Virus record (IMG/VR): IMGVR_UViG_3300027736_001324
Coordinates: 62,001-126,000 of that record
DNA length: 64,000 nucleotides
Direction: 5' to 3' (one strand)
Numbering within the stretch: the first letter of the stretch is position 1; every line of letters starts with the position of its first letter. The notes under the pieces were generated by a model that was given only the letters and a program-made list of their open reading frames with translations, was not told where the DNA came from and made no database searches. Of this stretch, positions 48,554 to 57,355 are shown in pieces. The translations under genes were made by a program, and so were the position numbers.

Positions 48554-49825
48554 ATGAGTAGCGTAATTGCAAAAAAGAAAACACGTAGCAAAAAATATGA
48601 AAATCTTATTGGACCTACTGATCCTAAGATTGATATGCTAGCCCGTGAACGATTGATTTCGGCACGTGTGGGTTTGCTATTGCGTCATTCATTCTTTGGC
48701 AATCTTGCTACCCGTCTCAAGTTAACTAATGCTGATGACTGGTGTGGTACTGCGGCTACTGATGGATTGAAATTCTACTACAATAGTCGTTTCATTATGC
48801 TATTGAAACCCAAAGAAGTTGAGTTTCTAGTTGGTCATGAAGTATTGCACGTTGTATACGAACACATGGACCGTCGTGGTAATCGTGATCCACAAATGTG
48901 GAATATTGCTGATGACTACGCAGTTAATGCTGACTTGAAGCGGCACAATGTTGGTCAGTTTATCACAAGCGTCCCATGCTTGTATGAAAAGAAATATGAC
49001 GGCAAGCCTGCTGAGGAAATCTATGATGATTTGATGTCAAATGTTCAGAAGATTAACATTGATGACTTGATTGAACAAATGCTGGATGATCACATGGATA
49101 GTGATGGTGATAGCGCAGGCGACGGTGAAGGTCCTGAAAGTCAAGGCAACGGTCGTCCCAAAATGACTGACGAGGAACGTGAACGTGCCCGTCAAGAAAT
49201 GAAGCAAGCAATTATCAGTGCGGCACAAAGTGCAGAAGCTGGTCAATTGCCCGCAGGTGTTGAACGCTTAATCAAGCAACATACTGACCCAGTTATGCCC
49301 TGGCGTGAACTGATTCAAACTAACTTGACTAGCAGTATTCGTACTGACTACACATGGATGCGTCCCTCACGTAGAGGTTGGCACATGGATGCTATCATGC
49401 CCGGCATGACTCCCGGAGAAGAAATTGATGTTGTAGTTTCACTTGATATGAGTGGTTCTATCAGCAACAAACAAGCACAGGCATTCTTGGGTGAGATTGG
49501 TGGCATGATGGATTCGTTTGATGGTTACAAGGTTCATGTATTCTGTTTTGATACTGATACATACAACCCGCAAGACTTTCATAGTGATAACATGGACAGT
49601 ATTGATGAATACGAACCACAAGGTGGTGGTGGTACTGACTTTGATTGTATCTTTAAATACTTGAAAGATAATGCAATTGACCCTAAGCGACTGATTGTAT
49701 TTACTGATGGATATCCCAATGGTTCATGGGGCGACCCAGACTACTGCGACACTACATGGATCATTCATGGTGACAAGAATCCCAATCCCCCGTTTGGTAC
49801 ATACGCATTGTATGACGAGGCATAA
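48554..49825 (+). CDS. Metallopeptidase + vWA-like (DUF2201-type) protein
   Basis: 'TAATDG', 'HEVLH', MIDAS 'DMSGS', 'GGGGTDF', 'FTDG'. Confidence 0.85.
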   Translation: MSSVIAKKKTRSKKYENLIGPTDPKIDMLARERLISARVGLLLRHSFFGNLATRLKLTNADDWCGTAATDGLKFYYNSRFIMLLKPKEVEFLVGHEVLHVVYEHMDRRGNRDPQMWNIADDYAVNADLKRHNVGQFITSVPCLYEKKYDGKPAEEIYDDLMSNVQKINIDDLIEQMLDDHMDSDGDSAGDGEGPESQGNGRPKMTDEERERARQEMKQAIISAAQSAEAGQLPAGVERLIKQHTDPVMPWRELIQTNLTSSIRTDYTWMRPSRRGWHMDAIMPGMTPGEEIDVVVSLDMSGSISNKQAQAFLGEIGGMMDSFDGYKVHVFCFDTDTYNPQDFHSDNMDSIDEYEPQGGGGTDFDCIFKYLKDNAIDPKRLIVFTDGYPNGSWGDPDYCDTTWIIHGDKNPNPPFGTYALYDEA

Positions 49826-49936
49826 ATGACATTTGAAGCATTGATTGCGTTAGGCGGTGTAGCATTGGTGGTGATTTTAATTATCATCAAGTGCTACACT
49901 TTTTTTATTAGCACTGACGATGAACTTCCAAAATAA
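49826..49936 (+). CDS. Small membrane peptide (36 aa)
   Basis: Single hydrophobic helix; GAGG RBS. Confidence 0.45.
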   Translation: MTFEALIALGGVALVVILIIIKCYTFFISTDDELPK

Positions 49937-50159
49937 TAAAGTATATGAAAGTCCGGACGGTGGTCAAACTATCTATGAGCGTGATGTAGGTTCCTCTGAA
50001 CGTACCTTGATTAAAGAGAATATCTCAATGAGAGACCAAGTAAGAGAACAGCAATTGTGGCATGAGATTCGTATAGCAGCAAGAACAAACACCACATTAG
50101 CAGATATTTTAGAACAGGCAAAGATGGTATATGCCCTCATCAAAAAAGAAACTAACTAG
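49920..50159 (+). CDS. Hypothetical protein
   Basis: 'YESPDGGQTIY.R' motif seen in T4-like phage proteins. Confidence 0.6.
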   Translation: MNFQNNKVYESPDGGQTIYERDVGSSERTLIKENISMRDQVREQQLWHEIRIAARTNTTLADILEQAKMVYALIKKETN

Positions 50160-50502
50160 ATTTGTAGTAATGTGGGACATGACTGGGCTTGAAGCCTTGA
50201 TCAATGTTACACAAATTGAAAAAGAACATGAACAATGGGAAAAAGAAAATATCTTTCGTATCCTAAAGGATCAAGATAAAACACTTAAGCCAGCACATGT
50301 TCCATTAGATATGATGATATTGCGGGCTAGAGTAAATAGTCAACGACATTATGAAATTTATACCTTTGATTCAGAATTGGCTGAAGAAGATATTAGAGAA
50401 ACATTTGAAACTAGTCCACAAGTAATAGTTGATGCTATTCGTAATGTAGGGCATGAATTGTATAGTGATAGAGTATTAAAGAAAACACAGGTGATTGTAT
50501 GA
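50131..50502 (+). CDS. Hypothetical protein
   Basis: Densely packed ORF; 'LRARVNSQRHYEIY'. Confidence 0.65.
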   Translation: MPSSKKKLTRFVVMWDMTGLEALINVTQIEKEHEQWEKENIFRILKDQDKTLKPAHVPLDMMILRARVNSQRHYEIYTFDSELAEEDIRETFETSPQVIVDAIRNVGHELYSDRVLKKTQVIV

Positions 50503-50909
50503 TGTATATTGGCACAAGTTTGGGTAGATGTTTACGTAGTATCTTGTTGGACGAAGTGTCCGAGGATGATGTACTATTGCTTATTACTCGGACACAAACT
50601 AAGGACTATGAGGCCTTCCTTGCTATTGTAAAACAATATTATGAGGATGGCAATTGGTCCTCACGCCGCCCAGAAGATTATGATCTTGCAGTCAAGCCAT
50701 GGAATGAAGTAGAAGAACTTGCTAGTAGATTGTATAAAGGCGGTAAGATTCATCAGCCTAGAAACTTTGTAGGTTTGGGTAATCAATTTATACATCCTGA
50801 TTTGAGAGATGATGTTTGGGTAGAAGTATCTCCTAAAAATCGTAACACAACACCTGCGGTTGTGCAAGCATATGAGCAATATAAATTGCTTGATTCATTG
50901 ACCAAATAA
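50499..50909 (+). CDS. Hypothetical protein
   Basis: ATGA-coupled ORF; 'GKIHQPR'. Confidence 0.65.
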   Translation: MMYIGTSLGRCLRSILLDEVSEDDVLLLITRTQTKDYEAFLAIVKQYYEDGNWSSRRPEDYDLAVKPWNEVEELASRLYKGGKIHQPRNFVGLGNQFIHPDLRDDVWVEVSPKNRNTTPAVVQAYEQYKLLDSLTK

Positions 50910-50975
50910 TACTTATAGAAAATATTTCATTGAGTATAATAGATATTAAATATCTATGCACTCTAGGAGAATAAT

Positions 50976-51704
50976 ATGAGTTTTTTAAAACATGTCGGTA
51001 AACAAGGTGATCGTAAGGTTGCTATCATTTTTCGTGAGATTCCAGGTGAACCTCACATGTGTCTTGTAACATATACAGAAACACTAAATCAACACATTCA
51101 CGATCCATTGATCCGTTGTATTGAAAGTGATATTGGGCAACATTCTGAATCATTATCAGATGCACTAAACCGCACATTGGGTTTAGATGGTCGTCCTATC
51201 TTACAAGTATTACATGCTGAAGGTTTACTAAAGAAAGTAAACACAGAAAATATTATTGTCACCCCAAATCCTCAAACTAAAATCAAGTTAAATGAACTTA
51301 ATAAGATTTTAACTGAGATGAAGCAAGGAGAAGAAGCAGTTAAACGTATGGCTGATATTGATCAAAGCAGAGGAATGCAAACTCCTGCAGAGGTAGCACG
51401 TAGACAACGTGAAAACAAAACCCGTGATGCTAAGGTTCAACAACCACCATTGATGGCTAGTGGCAATGATGCATTAGGCGATCAAATGTTAGCAAACAAT
51501 TTGCGTCAACAAGCAGCTAGAATGGCAGCAGAGGCTAAAGGATTGATGGCTGAAAGTCAAGACCTATTAAAGCAAGCAGCAGCAATGGATCCTCCTGTAA
51601 TGGAGAAGAAGCCACGTGCATCTAAGAAAGCAGTTGTAGTTGAAGCCCCAGTAGCAACACCTGCACCTAAGGTAAAGAAAACAAGAGCAAAAGTTAGTGC
51701 ATAA
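50976..51704 (+). CDS. Hypothetical protein
   Basis: AGGAG RBS; late motif upstream; K/A/P-rich tail. Confidence 0.7.
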   Translation: MSFLKHVGKQGDRKVAIIFREIPGEPHMCLVTYTETLNQHIHDPLIRCIESDIGQHSESLSDALNRTLGLDGRPILQVLHAEGLLKKVNTENIIVTPNPQTKIKLNELNKILTEMKQGEEAVKRMADIDQSRGMQTPAEVARRQRENKTRDAKVQQPPLMASGNDALGDQMLANNLRQQAARMAAEAKGLMAESQDLLKQAAAMDPPVMEKKPRASKKAVVVEAPVATPAPKVKKTRAKVSA

Positions 51705-52000
51705 TGAGCCCAGACTTCATCGAAAAGTGGGAACATATCCTTGAAGATGTTGAGAAAAATAAAATACCCGTAGAGTTTATTAAGAAATTAGTAGTCAAAC
51801 TACAGGGTAAAAAACAACATACTATAAACATTGAAAAGTTTTTAACTCAAGGATTAGACCCAGATCAGATAGAGGATATTGTCAGTAGAAAATTGCAAGA
51901 ATTAGATGAATCAGTGGTTGGTGTTGAATTTATTCTTAACGTCCAAAGCATTGCTGATACTGTACAGCCTGAAACAGATAAACTATTGAATAGACTATGA
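51704..52000 (+). CDS. Hypothetical protein
   Basis: Coupled to neighbours at both ends. Confidence 0.65.
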   Translation: MSPDFIEKWEHILEDVEKNKIPVEFIKKLVVKLQGKKQHTINIEKFLTQGLDPDQIEDIVSRKLQELDESVVGVEFILNVQSIADTVQPETDKLLNRL

Positions 52001-52908
52001 AACAATACTTAGAATTATTAAAAGATATTCTAGAAAACGGAGAAACAAAAGATGATAGAACTGGCACAGGGACTATTAGTGTGTTTGGACGTCACCTTCG
52101 CTTTGATTTGCGTAGGGGTTTTCCAGCCGTCACAACTAAAAAACTTGCTTGGAAAGCGTGTGTAGGAGAATTAATCTGGTTCATTGAGGGTAGCCGAGAT
52201 GAACGCAGATTAGCAGAACTTACACATGGTACCCGTGATGGTGTTGTTACTATATGGACACCAAACGCATTAGCAAGTTACTGGAAACCTAAAGCAAAGT
52301 TTGAGGGTGACTTAGGTCGTGTATACGGAGTACAATGGAGACATTGGCTTACCCCTGTATCACATAAAAGCGAAGTCTTTATGGATGAGTTTGGCTCAAC
52401 ATACAACCGCAAAGGTAGTATACATCATAAAGAAATTGACCAATTAAAAAATCTAATTGAGGGTATTAAAAATGACCCCAATGGTCGTAGACATATACTC
52501 ACTGCATGGAACCCAGGTGAGTTAGACCAAATGGCATTGCCACCATGTCATGTATTATGCCAATTCTATGTCAACAAGAATAAAGAACTATCTTGCCATA
52601 TGTATCAGCGTAGTGTTGATGTTTTCTTGGGGTTACCTTTTAACATTGCTAGCTATGCGTTACTCACTCATTTAATAGCACAAGTATGTGGATTGGGTGT
52701 AGCTGAATTAGTTATCAGTACAGGTGATACACATATCTATACCAATCACGTTGAGCAGGTTAAAGAACAATTAAGCCGTGAACCATTACCGTTGCCCACA
52801 TTGAAGATTAATCAATCTATAAAAAACATAGATGATTTCTTACCCGAAGATATTGAGTTAGTTGATTACAAGTGCTATACTGCTATTAAAGCAGATATGG
52901 CAGTATGA
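51997..52908 (+). CDS. thyA: Thymidylate synthase
   Basis: 'DRTGTGT', 'TTKK', 'YGVQWR', 'MALPPCH', 'YQRSVDVFLGLPFNIASY', 'HIY.NH'. Confidence 0.97.
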   Translation: MKQYLELLKDILENGETKDDRTGTGTISVFGRHLRFDLRRGFPAVTTKKLAWKACVGELIWFIEGSRDERRLAELTHGTRDGVVTIWTPNALASYWKPKAKFEGDLGRVYGVQWRHWLTPVSHKSEVFMDEFGSTYNRKGSIHHKEIDQLKNLIEGIKNDPNGRRHILTAWNPGELDQMALPPCHVLCQFYVNKNKELSCHMYQRSVDVFLGLPFNIASYALLTHLIAQVCGLGVAELVISTGDTHIYTNHVEQVKEQLSREPLPLPTLKINQSIKNIDDFLPEDIELVDYKCYTAIKADMAV

Positions 52909-53162
52909 CACTAGAACCAGATACAATTGAATGCGTAGTACACACCATTAAGATGGGTGATGTAGAAGATCCTGATTTGTATGTTGCTGAACCAATTTGG
53001 AAATGGCAACAAACAGAAGAAGGACAATGGCTTATGAAAAATAGTAAGCCGGCTCCAATTTGGAAAAGATATCACGATCCAATGATATATGGTTATTCAT
53101 ACACCATCCATGCCTTTTTAAAATCAAAAGATTACGTATTTTGGAGTTTAAAGTATAAATGA
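52905..53162 (+). CDS. Hypothetical protein
   Basis: 'MGDVEDPDLY' motif; coupled to neighbours. Confidence 0.65.
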   Translation: MTLEPDTIECVVHTIKMGDVEDPDLYVAEPIWKWQQTEEGQWLMKNSKPAPIWKRYHDPMIYGYSYTIHAFLKSKDYVFWSLKYK

Positions 53163-54175
53163 ATATATTAATAACAGGTGGACTTGGACTTATTGGACAT
53201 AACGTAGTCACACGATTACAAGATTTGGGACATCAAGTATCAATTGTTGATAACAAAACTAATTATGGTATTATACCTCAAAGTGAAATTGATTATCTTA
53301 TAAGCGAACGAGAAAAGAAAGTTGTTAATGATAAATTTATTAACACCTTAAGTTTTATCTATAACAAAGATATTGCAGATGTTGGGGAAATGGATAATGT
53401 CCTTCATATTGAAGAACCCGAAATTGTTATTCACATGGCTAGCTTTCCTAGGCAGAAAGTAGTTAATAGTAATCCAGCATTGGGCAGTCGTACAATGAGT
53501 GAAGGGTTACTAAATTTATTAGAATTATCTAATAAGTACGAAGTCCGTAAATTTATATATCTTAGTAGTTCAATGGTATACGGAGACTTTACAGACGATG
53601 TAAAAGAAGATGCTATTTGTAAACCGCAAGGTCAGTATGGCATTATGAAATTAGCAGGTGAGTGGCTAGTGCGTGATTATTCTCGCAAAACCAATCTTGT
53701 ACATACTATTATTCGTCCAAGTGCAGTATACGGTCCATTAGATGTAGAAGATAGAGTTATCAGTAAATTCTTACTTACAGCAATGCGAGGTGACGCAATA
53801 AAAGTAAACGGTGAAAAAGAAACACTAGACTTTACTTATGTTGATGACGCTGCTGATGGAATTGTTGCGGCTACACTAAGCGATAACACCGAGAACAAAA
53901 CATACAATATTACAAAGAGCCATAGCGTTACATTATTAGAAGCTGCACAGATGGCACTAAAATTAGCAGGTGGTGGTACACTATCTGTGTATCCCAAGGA
54001 CAGTGATTTCCCATCACGGGGAGCATTGAACATTGATGCTGCACGTAGAGACTTTGGGTATGATCCTAAAGTTGATGTAGCTGAAGGATTTCAGAAATAT
54101 TATGAGTGGTTAATTAATGATCCATACTTCAATAAAGATAAATATATGAATGTGGATTCTATCATATCTTCCTGA
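53159..54175 (+). CDS. NAD-dependent nucleotide-sugar epimerase/dehydratase
   Basis: 'ITGGLGLIG', 'SSSMVYG', YxxxK 'YGIMK', 'DFTYVDD'. Confidence 0.9.
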   Translation: MNILITGGLGLIGHNVVTRLQDLGHQVSIVDNKTNYGIIPQSEIDYLISEREKKVVNDKFINTLSFIYNKDIADVGEMDNVLHIEEPEIVIHMASFPRQKVVNSNPALGSRTMSEGLLNLLELSNKYEVRKFIYLSSSMVYGDFTDDVKEDAICKPQGQYGIMKLAGEWLVRDYSRKTNLVHTIIRPSAVYGPLDVEDRVISKFLLTAMRGDAIKVNGEKETLDFTYVDDAADGIVAATLSDNTENKTYNITKSHSVTLLEAAQMALKLAGGGTLSVYPKDSDFPSRGALNIDAARRDFGYDPKVDVAEGFQKYYEWLINDPYFNKDKYMNVDSIISS

Positions 54176-54662
54176 TTTCGTAACTCATATCATCTTTACT
54201 GTCGGAGTTGTAGGAACTATCGCTGGATTTGTTCTAGGTTTTATCCCTTTTATTGCTACATATAAACTCCCTATACAGATTATCAGTATTTTAGTATTAA
54301 GTTTTGGTTTATTCTTAGAGGGCGGATTAGCTGACCAAGCAGTTTGGCAGCTTAAAGTCAAAGAAATGGAAGCTAAAGTTGCTAAAGCTGAGACTGAATC
54401 ACAGAAAGTAAACACAGAAGTTGTTACCAAGATACTTACCAAGAAGCAAGTAATCAAAGAAAAGGGTGATGACATAGTGCAATTTATTGACAGGGAAATT
54501 GTCAAATATAACAATATCTGCGAAATCCCAGAGATAGTTATCACTACTCACAACGCAGCAGCAAAGAATGACCCAACCTTATTAAAGAAACAGATAGAAG
54601 TTCCTACTGATTTACATAATCAATTGGCTACCCCACCGATGATATTGGCCCCAAGAAAATGA
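54150..54662 (+). CDS. Inner-membrane spanin (Rz-like) candidate
   Basis: N-terminal TM helices plus coiled coil and C-terminal Cys; overlaps a downstream lipoprotein gene. Confidence 0.6.
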   Translation: MWILSYLPDFVTHIIFTVGVVGTIAGFVLGFIPFIATYKLPIQIISILVLSFGLFLEGGLADQAVWQLKVKEMEAKVAKAETESQKVNTEVVTKILTKKQVIKEKGDDIVQFIDREIVKYNNICEIPEIVITTHNAAAKNDPTLLKKQIEVPTDLHNQLATPPMILAPRK

Positions 54663-54931
54663 AAAAACTACTACTATTATCGGTAATCTTTTTGTCAGCC
54701 TGTAGCACAGTAGTTCCTGTGCAGCAAAAGTTCCCTGAATTGCCGGAACCACTGACACAAACCTGCAAACCTTTACAAACTATTGAGGGTAAAACTACAA
54801 CATTAAGCAACTTAATGGAAGTTGTAGCAAAAAACTACGCTACAAGACACGAATGTGCGGCTCAATTAGAAGCAATACTAGAGTGGTATACAGAACAGAA
54901 GAAGATTTTTGAGCAGGTCAATTCTGACTAA
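54659..54931 (+). CDS. Outer-membrane spanin (Rz1-like lipoprotein) candidate
   Basis: Lipobox 'LSA-C', Pro-rich segment, two further Cys. Confidence 0.65.
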   Translation: MKKLLLLSVIFLSACSTVVPVQQKFPELPEPLTQTCKPLQTIEGKTTTLSNLMEVVAKNYATRHECAAQLEAILEWYTEQKKIFEQVNSD

Positions 54932-54964
54932 ACTGATAAATACACTATAGTTTAGGATATAGAG

Positions 54965-55510
54965 ATGACCCAAGAAATAATCAATATAGGTGCACAACCC
55001 AACGATGGGGAAGGTGATCCGTTACGTACAGCCTTTGAGAAGATTAACAATAATTTTTCACAATTATACGGTACAGGGTTTTTTACTAGCAATGCGTACA
55101 CAGTGGGAAACACCTCTCAAGTTATATATGAAACCCCTGCAAATGCATTTACACAGGCAACATTTCAAATTAATTCTCAAAACGTAGATAACATGGATAG
55201 TCAAAACATTACGTTAAATGCCAGTATACTTAATGACTTAGACGGCGTAAGATGGAATGGTCACAGTACAATGTTTAACGGTAATTACCTTACACAATAT
55301 GATATGGATGTTTTTGATTCAAATGTTCGTATATTAGTTACTCCATTGACAGATAATGCTGCTACGTTATTTCACTTTATCTCATCACAGGTTACCTGGA
55401 TTGGAGAACCTGTTCCAGGATTGAATATTCAATTAAATGATTATCCTGATAGTATCATGGAAACAGAAAATTATTTGGATATGCAAACCGAGACCGATAG
55501 TATAATATGA
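54965..55510 (+). CDS. Structural protein with T4 gp9/gp10-like N-terminal motif
   Basis: 'INIG..PNDG.GDPLR.AF.KIN.NF'. Confidence 0.65.
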   Translation: MTQEIINIGAQPNDGEGDPLRTAFEKINNNFSQLYGTGFFTSNAYTVGNTSQVIYETPANAFTQATFQINSQNVDNMDSQNITLNASILNDLDGVRWNGHSTMFNGNYLTQYDMDVFDSNVRILVTPLTDNAATLFHFISSQVTWIGEPVPGLNIQLNDYPDSIMETENYLDMQTETDSII

Positions 55511-55881
55511 GAGCAAAAGAATTTATAACCGAACAAAGCAATTTACCTCAACGTATTGCTAATCCGTTGCCGGCTACCTGGGTAATACCAGAGTTACAAA
55601 ATCAAAATGCATATTTACAATATAGATTTTCCGTAGCATTAGCGGGGGCAAAAGCAGCACGTAATGGAGATATACCTAGAGTGAGCAAAGATTCAGTTTG
55701 GGGAGAAAATCAAATTGTGTCAGGTTATATGAATCCAGGAACCGCAGAAGATATTGATTTTGCATTAGGTGAAATGGGTCTTAGTGGTAAAGAATTAGTT
55801 ACATCTGAAAAGAGTGAAGAAACAAGTGATACTGGTATAATTAGCCCACTTAACGCCTTTAAGGGATATAAAAGAAAATGA
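55507..55881 (+). CDS. Putative internal head protein A
   Basis: N-terminal MRAKEFITE resembles the T4 capsid-targeting sequence; ends FKGYKRK. Confidence 0.5.
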   Translation: MRAKEFITEQSNLPQRIANPLPATWVIPELQNQNAYLQYRFSVALAGAKAARNGDIPRVSKDSVWGENQIVSGYMNPGTAEDIDFALGEMGLSGKELVTSEKSEETSDTGIISPLNAFKGYKRK

Positions 55882-56264
55882 GAGCAAATGAATTTATAGT
55901 TGAAGGCGGTGCCGGATCTAATAACGGTTCTAAAGGAAAACTACATCCACATCAAGAATCTGCAATGGGTATGATACATAAATTTGCAGGAACCGCTGAT
56001 AGAATTTATGATTTAAATCGTGCTATGATGGCTGTAGCCAGTAGTGATGGCAAAACTATGAGCCATGAACCGAAAGAAGAAAGTTGGATCGGTAGAAACA
56101 ATATGGCTGCACCGTATACTAAAGTAGAACATGATATGTTACATCATGCATATAAATCAATTGGTACTCCAATTGAATCTGCACTAAGTGATGACCGTTC
56201 TGAGCCTGATGACACAAACAAAGTAAGTCCACATAAACCATTTAAAGGTTACAAAAGAAAATAA
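55878..56264 (+). CDS. Putative internal head protein B (paralog)
   Basis: N-terminal MRANEFIVE; ends FKGYKRK. Confidence 0.5.
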   Translation: MRANEFIVEGGAGSNNGSKGKLHPHQESAMGMIHKFAGTADRIYDLNRAMMAVASSDGKTMSHEPKEESWIGRNNMAAPYTKVEHDMLHHAYKSIGTPIESALSDDRSEPDDTNKVSPHKPFKGYKRK

Positions 56265-56316
56265 TCAGAACATCAAATCCTAGAATAAGTAATTATATCA
56301 AATTATAGGATTCTTG

Positions 56317-57018
56317 ATGCTAATCGATATTAACAAAACACTAGATTTAATTAAACTTAAATTTTACAACGAATGGTTATACACCGCTCATATCTATGAA
56401 GAAGGTGATAGCGAACTACACAAGGGGTTAACCGAAACTGTAGTTAAACAATACATTGACCCACTTGAAATTCCCAAAGATGCTAAAATCTTAGATTTAG
56501 GCTGCGGCCCGGGCTATTTCTTAGACGAGATGAAATCTAGAGGTTATACTGATTTAACTGGGGTAACATTAAGCCCAGGTGATATAAAAATCTGTGAAGA
56601 TAAAGGGCATACAATTAAAAAGTATGATTTAACTTTCATCCCGCAAAGTGAAGGTTACTATGATGAATCAGTAGATATGATATTCTTGCGTCATGCATTA
56701 GAACATAGTCCATATCCTATCTTTAGTTTAATGGAATATAATCGTATATTAAAGCAGGGTGGCAAGATTTACATTGAAGTCCCGCAACCTGATTGTGAAA
56801 GACGCCATGAAGATAACTTAAATCATTACAGTATTTTGGGGCAAACTCAACTAGCAGCATTGATTGTTAGAACTGGATTTAACATTGATAAATTCGATAA
56901 TTTTGAATTTGATGTTGAATTCCCTGATCAGGAGAACCCAGGGGAACCTAATCTTAAAGCAAAAGAGAAATTCTATTGCATCGTTGCTACTAAGCAACGA
57001 CCTTTAGATATCAAGTAA
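56317..57018 (+). CDS. Class I SAM-dependent methyltransferase
   Basis: 'ILDLGCGPG', 'RHALEHS', 'RILKQGG'. Confidence 0.85.
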   Translation: MLIDINKTLDLIKLKFYNEWLYTAHIYEEGDSELHKGLTETVVKQYIDPLEIPKDAKILDLGCGPGYFLDEMKSRGYTDLTGVTLSPGDIKICEDKGHTIKKYDLTFIPQSEGYYDESVDMIFLRHALEHSPYPIFSLMEYNRILKQGGKIYIEVPQPDCERRHEDNLNHYSILGQTQLAALIVRTGFNIDKFDNFEFDVEFPDQENPGEPNLKAKEKFYCIVATKQRPLDIK

Positions 57019-57053
57019 AACAATAAATACTCACTACATGTGAGTATTTTTTT

Positions 57054-57332
57054 ATGTTCGATCCATTTAAACAAGCAAAAATTCAAAACGGTTATGCCAA
57101 ACTCAGAGGCATTAAACTCCCTGAGAAGGATATGACATTAGATGAACTAAAACAATTGAGTGGGTCTGGACAAGTCACTGGTGAATATTCATATACACTA
57201 TTACATGAATTAGCGCAAAAGAAACAACAATATATGCGTGAGAATAATATCAAGCCAGGTGACAAAGAATGGTTTAGAGTTATGTTTGCTAAAACACATC
57301 TTACAGGTGAAGATCCGTTTTCTAAAAACTAG
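57054..57332 (+). CDS. Hypothetical late protein
   Basis: 'ELKQLSG' and 'MRENNIKPG..EWF' motifs; directly upstream of terminase. Confidence 0.6.
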   Translation: MFDPFKQAKIQNGYAKLRGIKLPEKDMTLDELKQLSGSGQVTGEYSYTLLHELAQKKQQYMRENNIKPGDKEWFRVMFAKTHLTGEDPFSKN

Positions 57333-57355
57333 TAGTTACCGTAATAAATACATTT

